Positions 1 through 10,800 of a DNA stretch of 64,000 bases are shown here, piece after piece. The DNA is from Eledone cirrhosa (lineage: Eukaryota): positions 236,778,001-236,842,000 of the forward strand of contig OZ024743.1 in assembly GCA_964016885.1 (NCBI GenBank). The letters are read 5' to 3'. Position numbers and translations under genes: made by a program. The stretch's first letter is position 1, and every line of letters begins with the position of its first letter. The notes beneath the pieces were generated by a model, which saw nothing but the letters and a program-made list of their open reading frames with translations, searched no databases and was not told the origin of the DNA.

Positions 1-3000
1 ATTCTGTCTCAGTCTGAAGTCCGTCTTGTTATAGACAGCTACAGTATTGATTAGTCTGTCTAAGTCTAAAGTCTGTCTTATTATAGACAGCTACAGTATT
101 GACAATTCTGTCTAACTCTAAAGTCTGTCTTGTTATAGACAGCTACAGTATTGATTAGTCTGTCTAAGTTTAAAGTCTTTCTTATTATAGACAGCTACAA
201 TACTGATTAGTCTGTCTATGTCTAAAGTCTGTCTTATTATAGACAGCTACAGTATTGACAATTCTCTCTAAGTCTAAAGTCTGTCTTATTATAGACAGCT
301 ACAGTATTGATTAGTCTGTTTCAGTCTAAAGTCTGCCTTAATATAGACAGCTACAGTACTGATTAGTCTGTCTAAGTCTAAAGTCTGTCTTGTTATACAC
401 AGCTACAGTATTGATTAGTCTGTCTAAGTCTAAAGTCTGGCTTATTATAGACAGCTACAGTACTGATTAGTCTGTCTAAGTCTAAAGTCTGTCTTGTTAT
501 AGACAGCTACAGTATTGATTAGTCTGTCTAAGTTTAAAGTCTTCCTTATTATAGACAGCTACAGTATTGACAATTCTCTCTAAGTCTAAAGTCTGTCTTA
601 TTATAGACAGCTACAGTATTGATTAGTCTGTTTAAGTCTAAAGTCTGCCTTAATATAGACAGCTACAGTACTGATTAGTCTGTCTAAGTCTAAAGTATGT
701 CTTGTTATAGACAGCTACAGTATTGATTAGTCTGTCTAAGTCTACAGTCTGTCTTATTATAGACAGCTACAGTATTGACAATTCTGTCTAAGTCTAAAGT
801 CAGTGTTATTATAGACAGCTACATTATTGATTATTCTGTCTAAGTCTAAAGTATGTGTTGTTATAGACAGTTACAGTATTGATTAGTCTGTCTAAGTCTA
901 AAGTCTGTCTTATTATAGACAGCTACAGTATTGACAATTCTGTCTAAGTCTAAAGTCTATATTATTATAGACAGCTACAGTACTGATTAGTCTGTCTAAT
1001 TCTAAAGTCTGTCTTGTTATAGACAGCTACAGTACTGATTAGTCTGTCTAAGTCTAAAGCCTGTCTTGTTATAGACAGCTACAGTATTGATTAGTCTGTC
1101 TAAGTCTAAAGTCTGTCTTGTTATAGACAGCTACAGTATTGATTAGTCTGTCTAAGTCTAAAGTCTGTCTTGTTATAGACAGCTACAGTATTGATTCGTT
1201 GTCTAATTCTAAAGTCTGTCTTGTTATAGACAGCTACAGTATTGATTAGTCTGTCTAAGTCTAAAGTCTGTCTTGTTATAGACAGCTACAGTATTGATTA
1301 GTCTGTCTAAGTCAAAAGTCTGTCTTGTAGACAGTTACAGTATTGATTAGTCTGTCTAAGTCTAAAGTCTGTCTTGTTATTGACAGCTACAGTATTGATT
1401 AGTCTGTCGAAGTCTAAAGTCTGTCTTATTATAGACAGCTACAGTATTGATTAGTCTGTCTAAGTCTAAAGTCTGTCTTGTTATAGACAGCTACAGTATT
1501 GATTAGTCTGTCGAAGTCTAAAGTCTGTCTTGTTATGGACAGCTACAGTATTGATTAGGCTGTCTAAGTCTAAAGTCTGTCTTGTTATAGACAGCTACAG
1601 TATTGATTAGTCTGTCTAAGTCTAAAGTCTGTCTTGTTATAGACAGCTACAGTATTGATTAGTCTGTCTAAGTCTAAAGTCTGTCATGTTATAGACAGCT
1701 ACAGTATTGATTAGTCTGTCTAAGTCTAAAGTCTGTCTTATTATAGACAGCTACAGTATTGACAATTCTGTGTAAGTCTAAAGTCTGTCTTATTATAGAC
1801 AGCTACAGTACTGATTAGTCTGTCTAAGTCTAAAGTCTGTCTTGTTATAGACAACTACAGTATTGATTAGTCTATCTAAGTCTAAAGTCTGTCTTATTAT
1901 AGACAGCTACAGTATTGACAATTCTGTCTAAGTCTAAAGTCTGTCTTATTATAGACAGCTACAGTACTGATTAGTCTGTCTAAGTCTAAAGTCTGTCTTG
2001 TTATAGACAGCTACAGTACTGATTAGTCTGTCTAAGTCTAAAGTCTGTCTTGTTATAGACAACTACAGTATTGATTAGTCTGTCTAAGTCTAAAGTCTGT
2101 GTTGTTATAGACAGCTACAGTATTGATTAGTCTGTCTAAGTTTAAAGTCTTTCTTATTATAGACAGCTACAGTACTGATTAGTCTGTCTAAGTCTAAAGT
2201 CTGTGTTATTATAGACAGCTACAGTATTGACAATTCTCTCTAAGTCTAAAGTCTGTCTTATTATCGACAGCTACAGTATTGATTAGTCCGTCTAAGTCTA
2301 AAGTCTGTCTTATTATAGACAGTGACAGTACTGATTAGTCCGTCTAAGTCTAAAGTCTGTCTTATTATAGACAGCTACAGTATTGACAATTCTCTCTAAG
2401 TCTAAAGTCTGTCTTATTATAGACAGATACAGTATTGATTAGTCTATTTAAGTCTAAAGTCTGTCTTATTATAGACAGCTACAGTACTGATTAGTCTGTC
2501 TATGTCTAAAGTATGTCTTGATATAGACAGCTACAGCATTGATTAGTCTGTCTAAGTCTAAAGTCTGTCTTATTATAGACAGCTACAGTATTGATTAGTC
2601 TGTCTAAGTCTAAAGTCTGTCTTACTATAGACAGTGACAGGACTGATTAGTCCGTCTAAGTCTAAAGTCTGTCTTATTATAGACAGCTACAGTATTGACA
2701 ATTCTGTCTAAGTCTAAAGTCTGTCTTGTTATAGACAGCTACAGTATTGATTAGTCTGTCTAAGTCTAAAGTCTGTCTTATTATAGACAGCTACAGTATT
2801 GACAATTCTGTCTAAGTCTAAAGTCTGTCTTGTTATAGACAGCTACAGTATTGATTAGTCTGACTAAGTCTAAAGTCTGTCTTATTATAGACAGCTACAG
2901 CATTGATAATTCTGTCTCAGTCTGAAGTCCGTCTTGTTATAGACAGCTACAGTATTGATTAGTCTGTCTAAGTCTAAAGTCTGTCTTGTTATAGACAGCT

Positions 3001-6000
3001 ACAGTATTGATTAGTCTGTCTAAGTTTAAAGTCTTTCTTATTATAGACAGCTACAGTACTGATTAGTCTGTCTATGTCTAAAGTCTGTCTTATTATAGAC
3101 AGCTACAGTACTGATTAGTCTGTCTAAGTCTAAAGTATGTCTTGTTATAGACAGTTACAGCATTGATTAGTCTGTCTAAGTCTAAAGTCTGTCTTGTTAT
3201 AGACAGCTACAGTATTGATTAGTCTGTCTAAGTCTAAAATCTGTCTTGTTATAGACAGCTACAGTATTGATTAGTCTGTCTAAGTCTAAAGTCTGTCTTG
3301 TTATAGACAGCTACAGTATTGATTAGTCTGTCGAAGTCTAAAGTCTGTCTTGTTATGGACAGCTACAGTATTGATTAGTCTGTCTAAGTCTAAAGTCTGT
3401 CTTGTTATAGACAGCTACAGTATTGATTAGTCTGTCTAAGTTTAAAGTCTTTCTTATTATAGACAGCTACAGTACTGATTAGTCTGTCTATGTCTAAAGT
3501 CTGTCTTATTATAGACAGCTACAGTATTGACAATTCTCTCTAAGTCTAAAGTCTGTCTTATTATAGACAGCTACAGTATTGATTAGTCTGTTTCAGTCTA
3601 AAGTCTGCCTTAATATAGACAGCTACAGTACTGATTAGTCTGTCTAAGTCTAAAGTCTGTCTTGTTATACACAGCTACAGTATTGATTAGTCTGTCTAAG
3701 TCTAAAGTCTGTCTTATTATAGACAGCTAGAGTATTGATTAGTCAGTCTAAGTCTAAAGTCTGTCTTGTTATAGACAGCTACACTATTGACAATTCTGTC
3801 TATGTCTAAAGTCTGTCTTTTTATAGATCGCTACAGTATTGACAATAATGTCTAAGTCTAAAGTCTGTCTTATTATAGACCGCTACAGTATTGACAATAA
3901 TGTCTAAGTCTAAAGTCTGTCTCATTATAGACAGCTACAGTACTGATTAGTCTGTCTAAGTCTAAAGTCTGTCTTGCTATAGACAGCTACAGTATTGACA
4001 ATTCTGTCTAAGTCTAAAGTATGTCTTATTATAGACAGCTACATTGTTGATTAGTCTGTCTAAGTCTAAAGTATGTCTTATTATAGACAGCTACGGTACT
4101 GATTAGTCTGTCTAAGTCTAAAGTCTGTCTTGTTATAGACAGCTACAGTATTGACAATTCTGTCTAAGTCTAAAGTCTGTCTTATTATAGACAGCTACAG
4201 TATTGATTAGTCTATCTAAGTCTAAAGTCTGTCTTGTTATAGACAGCTCCAGTATTGATTGGTCTGTCTAATTCTAAAGTCTGTCTTGTTATAGACAGCT
4301 ACAGTACTGATTAGTCTGTCTAAGTCTAAAGTCTGACTTGTTATAGACAGCTACAGCATTGATTAGTCTGTCTAAGTCTAAAGTCTGTCTTATCATAGAC
4401 AGCTACAGTACTTATTAGTCTGTCTAAGTCTAAAGTCTGTCTTATTATAGACAGCTACAGTATTGAGAATTCTGTCTAAGTCTAAAGTCTGTCTTGTTAT
4501 AGAGGGCTACAGTATTGATTAGTCTGTCTAAGTCTAAAGTCTGTCTTGTTATAGACAACTACAGTATTGATTAGTCTGTCTAAGTCTAAAGTCTGTCTTA
4601 TTATAGACAGCTACAGTATTGACAATTCTGTCTAAGTCTAAAGTCTGTCTTGTTATAGACAGCTACAGTATTGATTAGTCTGTCTAAGTCTAAAGTCTGT
4701 CTTATTATAGACAGCTACAGCATTGATAATTCTGTCTCAGTCTGAAGTCCGTCTTGTTATAGACAGCTACAGTATTGATTAGTCTGTCTAAGTCTAAAGT
4801 CTGTCTTATTATAGACAGCTACAGTATTGACAATTCTGTCTAACTCTAAAGTCTGTCTTGTTATAGACAGCTACAGTATTGATTAGTCTGTCTAAGTTTA
4901 AAGTCTTTCTTATTATAGACAGCTACAATACTGATTAGTCTGTCTATGTCTAAAGTCTGTCTTATTATAGACAGCTACAGTATTGACAATTCTCTCTAAG
5001 TCTAAAGTCTGTCTTATTATAGACAGCTACAGTATTGATTAGTCTGTTTCAGTCTAAAGTCTGCCATAATATAGACAGCTACAGTACTGATTAGTCTGTC
5101 TAAGTCTAAAGTCTGTCTTGTTATACACAGCTACAGTATTGATTAGTCTGTCTAAGTCTAAAGTCTGGCTTATTATAGACAGCTACAGTACTGATTAGTC
5201 TGTCTAAGTCTAAAGTCTGTCTTGTTATAGACAGCTACAGTATTGATTAGTCTGTCTAAGTTTAAAGTCTTCCTTATTATAGACAGCTACAGTATTGACA
5301 ATTCTCTCTAAGTCTAAAGTCTGTCTTATTATAGACAGCTACAGTATTGATTAGTCTGTTTAAGTCTAAAGTCTGCCTTAATATAGACAGCCTCAGTACT
5401 GATTAGTCTGTCTAAGTCTAAAGTATGTCTTGTTATAGACAGCTACAGTATTGATTAGTCTGTCTAAGTCTACAGTCTGTCTTATTATAGACAGCTACAG
5501 TATTGACAATTCTGTCTAAGTCTAAAGTCAGTGTTATTATAGACAGCTACATTATTGATTATTCTGTCTAAGTCTAAAGTATGTGTTGTTATAGACAGTT
5601 ACAGTATTGATTAGTCTGTCTAAGTCTAAAGTCTGTCTTATTATAGACAGCTACAGTATTGACAATTCTGTCTAAGTCTAAAGTCTATATTATTATAGAC
5701 AGCTACAGTACTGATTAGTCTGTCTAATTCTAAAGTCTGTCTTGTTATAGACAGCTACAGTACTGATTAGTCTGTCTAAGTCTAAAGTCTGTCTTGTTAT
5801 AGACAACTACAGTATTAATTAGTCTGTCTAAATCTAAAGTCTGTCTTATTATAGACAGCTATAGTATTGACAATTCTGTCTAAGTCTAAAGCCTGTCTTG
5901 TTATAGACAGCTACAGTATTGATTAGTCTGTCTAAGTCTAAAGTCTGTCTTGTTATAGACAGCTACAGTATTGATTAGTCTGTCTAAGTCTAAAGTCTGT

Positions 6001-7800
6001 CTTGTTATAGACAGCTACAGTATTGATTCGTTGTCTAATTCTAAAGTCTGTCTTGTTATAGACAGCTACAGTATTGATTAGTCTGTCTAAGTCTAAAGTC
6101 TGTCTTGTTATAGACAGCTACAATATTGATTAGTCTGTCTAAGTCAAAAGTCTGTCTTGTAGACAGTTACAGTATTGATTAGTCTGTCTAAGTCTAAAGT
6201 CTGTCTTGTTATTGACAGCTACAGTATTGATTAGTCTGTCGAAGTCTAAAGTCTGTCTTATTATAGACAGCTACAGTATTGATTAGTCTGTCTAAGTCTA
6301 AAGTCTGTCTTGTTATAGACAGCTACAGTATTGATTAATCTGTCGAAGTCTAAAGTCTGTCTTGTTATGGACAGCTACAGTATTGATTAGGCTGTCTAAG
6401 TCTAAAGTCTGTCTTGTTATAGACAGCTACAGTATTGATTAGTCTGTCTAAGTCTAAAGTCTGTCTTGTTATAGACAGCTACAGTATTGATTAGTCTGTC
6501 TAAGTCTAAAGTCTGTCATGTTATAGACAGCTACAGTATTGATTAGTCTGTCTAAGTCTAAAGTCTGTCTTATTATAGACAGCTACAGTATTGACAATTC
6601 TGTGTAAGTCTAAAGTCTGTCTTATTATAGACAGCTACAGTACTGATTAGTCTGTCTAAGTCTAAAGTCTGTCTTGTTATAGACAACTACAGTATTGATT
6701 AGTCTATCTAAGTCTAAAGTCTGTCTTATTATAGACAGCTACAGTATTGACAATTCTGTCTAAGTCTAAAGTCTGTCTTATTATAGACAGCTACAGTACT
6801 GATTAGTCTGTCTAAGTCTAAAGTCTGTCTTGTTATAGACAGCTACAGTACTGATTAGTCTGTCTAAGTCTAAAGTCTGTCTTGTTATAGACAACTACAG
6901 TATTGATTAGTCTGTCTAAGTCTAAAGTCTGTGTTGTTATAGACAGCTACAGTATTGATTAGTCTGTCTAAGTTTAAAGTCTTTCTTATTATAGACAGCT
7001 ACAGTACTGATTAGTCTGTCTAAGTCTAAAGTCTGTGTTATTATAGACAGCTACAGTATTGACAATTCTCTCTAACTCTAAAGTCTGTGTTGTTATAGAC
7101 AGCTACAGTATTGATTAGTCTGTCTAAGTTTAAAGTCTTTCTTATTATAGACAGCTACAGTACTGATTAGTCTGTCTAAGTCTAAAGTCTGTGTTATTAT
7201 AGACAGCTACAGTATTGACAATTCTCTCTAAGTCTAAAGTCTGTCTTATTATAGACAGCTACAGTATTGATTAGTCTATTTAAGTCTAAAGTCTGTCTTA
7301 TTATAGACAGCTACAGTACTGATTAGTCTGTCTATGTCTAAAGTATGTCTTGTTATAGACAGCTACAGCATTGATTAGTCTGTCTAAGTCTAAAGTCTGT
7401 CTTATTATAGACAGCTACAGTATTGATTAGTCTGTCTAAGTCTAAAGTCTGTCTTACTATAGACAGTGACAGGACTGATTAGTCCGTCTAAGTCTAAAGT
7501 CTGTCTTATTATAGACAGCTACAGTATTGACAATTCTGTCAAAGTCTAAAGTCTGTCTTGTTATAGACAGCTACAGTATTGATTAGTCTGTCTAAGTCTA
7601 AAGTCTGTCTTATTATAGACAGCTACAGTATTGACAATTCTGTCTAAGTCTAAAGTCTGTCTTGTTATAGACAGCTACAGTATTGATTAGTCTGACTAAG
7701 TCTAAAGTCTGTCTTATTATAGACAGCTACAGCATTGATAATTCTGTCTCAGTCTGAAGTCCGTCTTGTTATAGACAGCTACAGTATTGATTAGTCTGTC
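1..7800. repeat. Duplication with period about 4.7-4.8 kb (1-~3,000 matches 4,729-~7,800)
   Basis: Rare variants recur at fixed offsets. ATTCTGTCTCAGTCTGAAGTCCG 1/4729, TAACTC 113/4841 and GTCTGG 435/5163 give offset 4,728. The GGC of TAGGCTG at 1558/6390, GTCAAAAG 1311/6143 and the ATTCTGTCTCAG monomer at 2909/7741 give offset 4,832 (two extra monomers). Confidence 0.88.
53..104 (+). repeat. Example monomer (GACAAT-type end): AGTCT-based subrepeats, internal inverted repeat CTGTCT-N6-AGACAG, one AluI site (AGCT)
   Basis: AGTCTGTCTA / AGTCTA / AAGTCTGTCT make up the first half. CTGTCT (73-78) is the reverse complement of AGACAG (85-90). AGCT is at 89-92. Confidence 0.95.
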
Positions 7801-10800
7801 TAAGTCTAAAGTCTGTCTTATTATAGACAGCTACAGTATTGACAATTCTGTCTAAGTCTAAAGTCTGTCTTGTTATAGACAGCTACAGTATTGATTAGTC
7901 TGTCTAAGTTTAAAGTCTTTCTTATTATAGACAGCTACAGTACTGATTAGTCTGTCTATGTCTAAAGTCTGTCTTATTATAGACAGCTACAGTATTGACA
8001 ATTCTCTCTAAGTCTAAAGTCTGTCTTATTATAGACAGCTACAGTATTGATTAGTCTGTTTCAGTCTAAAGTCTGCCTTAATATAGACAGCTACAGTACT
8101 GATTAGTCTGTCTAAGTCTAAAGTCTGTCTTGTTATACACAGCTACAGTATTGATTAGTCTGTCTAAGTCTAAAGTCTGTCTTATTATAGACAGCTAGAG
8201 TATTGATTAGTCAGTCTAAGTCTAAAGTCTGTCTTATTATAGACAGCTACAGTATTGACAATTCTGTCTATGTCTAAAGTCTGTCTTGTTATAGACAGCT
8301 ACAGTATTGACAATTCTGTCTAAGTCTAAAGTCTATCTTATTATAGACAGCTACAGTACTGATTAGTCTGTCTAAGTCTAAAGTCTGTCTTGTTATAGAC
8401 AGTTACAGTATTGATTAGTCTGTCTAAGTCTAAAGTCTGTCTTATTATAGACCGCTACAGTATTGACAATAATGTCTAAGTCTAAAGTCTGTCTTATTAT
8501 AGACAGCTACAGTACTGATTAGTCTGTCTAATTCTAAAGTCTGTCTTGTTATAGACAGCTACAGTACTGATTAGTCTGTCTAAGTCTAAAGTCTGTCTTA
8601 TTATAGACAGCTACAGTATTGATTAGTCTGTCTAAGTCTAAAGTCTGTCTTATCATAGACAGCTACAGTACTTATTAGTCTGTCTAAGTCTAAAGTCTGT
8701 CTTATTATAGACAGCTACAGTATTGAGAATTCTGTCTAAGTCTAAAGTCTGTCTTGTTATAGAGGGCTACAGTATTGATTAGTCTGTCTAAGTCTAAAGT
8801 ATGTCTTGTTATAGACAACTACAGTATTGATTAGTCTGTCTAAGTCTAAAGTCTGTCTTATTATAGACCGCTACAGTATTGACAATAATGTCTAAGTCTA
8901 AAGTCTGTCTTATTATAGACAGCTACAGTACTGATTAGTCTGTCTAAGTCTAAAGTCTGTCTTGTTATAGACAGCTACAGTATTGATTAGTCTGTCTAAG
9001 TCTAAAGTCTGTCTTGTTATAGACAGCTACAGTATTGATTAGTTGTCTAAGTCTAAAGTCTGTCTTGTTATAGACAGCTACAGTATTGATTAGTCTGTCT
9101 AAGTCTAAAGTCTGTCTTGTTATAGACAGCTACAGTATTAATTAGTCTGTCTAAGTCTAAAGTCTGTCTTGTTATAGACAGTTACAGTATTGATTAGTCT
9201 GTCTAAGTCAAAAGTCTGTCTTGTAGACAGTTACAGTATTGATTAGTCTGTCTAAGTCTAAAGTCTGTCTTGCTATAGACAGCTACAGTATTGACAATTC
9301 TGTCTAAGTCTAAAGTATGTCTTATTATAGACAGCTGCATTGTTGATTAGTCTGTCTAAGTCTAAAGTATGTCTTATTATAGACAGCTACAGTACTGATT
9401 AGTCTGTCTAAGTCTAAAGTCTGTCTTCTATAGACAGCTACAGTATTGACAATTCTGTCTAAGTCTAAAGTCTGTCTTATTATAGACAGCTACAGTATTG
9501 ATTAGTCTATCTAAGTCTAAAGTCTGTCTTGTTATAGACAGCTCCAGTATTGATTAGTCTGTCTAAGTCTAAAATCTGTCTTGTTATAGACAGCTACAGT
9601 ATTGATTAGTCTGTCTAAGTCTAAAGTCTGTCTTGTTATAGACAGCTACAGTATTGATTAGTCTGTCGAAGTCTAAAGTCTGTCTTGTTATGGACAGCTA
9701 CAGTATTGATTAGTCTGTCTAAGTCTAAAGTCTGTCTTGTTATAGACAGCTACAGTATTGATTAGTCTGTCTAAGTCTAAAGTCTGTCTTATTATAGACA
9801 GCTACAGTATTGACAATTCTGTGTAAGTCTAAAGTTGTCTTTTTATAGACAGCTACAGTACTGATTAGTCTGTCTAAGTCTAAAGTCTGTTTTGTTATAG
9901 ACAGCTACAGTATTGATTAGTCTGTCTAAGTCTAAAGTCTGTCTTATTATAGACAGCTACAGTACTGATTAGTCTGTCTAAGTCTAAAGTCTGTCTTACT
10001 ATAGACAGCTACAGTAATGATTAGTCTGTCTAAGTCTAAAGTCTGTCTTGTTATAGACAGCTACAGTACTGATTAGTCTGTCTAAGTCTAAAGTCTGTCT
10101 TGTTATAGACAACTACACTATTGATTAGTCTGTCTAAGTCTAAAGTCTGTCTTGTTATAGACAGCTACAGTATTGATTAGTCTTTCTAAGTTTAAAGTCT
10201 TTCTTATTATAGACAGCTACAGTACTGATTAGTCTGTCTAAGTCTAAAGTCTGTCTTATTATAGACAGCTACAGTATTGACAATTCTCTCTAAGTCTAAA
10301 GTCTGTCTTACTATAGACAGCTACAGTACTGATTAGTCTGTCTAAGTCTAAAGTATGTCTTGTTATAGACAGCTACAGCATTGATTAGTCTGTCTAAGTC
10401 TAAAGTCTGTCTTGTTATAGACAGCTACAGTATTGATTAGTCTGTCTAAGTCTAAAATCTGTCTTGTTATAGACAGCTACAGTATTGATTAATCTGTCTA
10501 AGTCTAAAGTCTGTCTTGTTATAGACAGCTACAGTATTGATTAGTCTGTCGAAGTCTAAAGTCTGTCTTGTTATGGACAGCTACAGTATTGATTAGTCTG
10601 TCTAAGTCTAAAGTCTGTCTTGTTATAGACAGCTACAGTATTGATTAGTCTGTCTAAGTTTAAAGTCTTTCTTATTATAGACAGCTACAGTACTGATTAG
10701 TCTGTCTATGTCTAAAGTCTGTCTTATTATAGACAGCTACAGTATTGATTAGTCTGTTTCAGTCTAAAGTCTGCCTTAATATAGACAGCTACAGTACTGA

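Noticed and set aside
73-90. Conserved structured ncRNA or intrinsic terminator from the CTGTCT/AGACAG hairpin
   Set aside because: The stem is only 6 bp with no U-tract. Recurrent variants (CTTTCT, CTGCCT, AGACCG, AGAGGG, ACACAG) break pairing without compensation.
80-106. Bacterial sigma70 promoter (TTGACA on +; TTGTCA-N14-TATAAT on -)
   Set aside because: On the + strand there is no -10 box 16-18 bp downstream. On the - strand the spacer is 14 bp. There is no downstream gene, and the motifs are by-products of an AT-rich repeat.
355-420. Satellite-encoded hammerhead ribozyme (CTGATTAG resembles CUGAUGAG), as in newt, schistosome and cricket satellites
   Set aside because: The core needs CUGANGA, a stem II and GAAA. 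Here it is CTGATTA with no GAAA and no stem II on either strand. The lone GATGAG at ~58132 is preceded by TT and also lacks GAAA.
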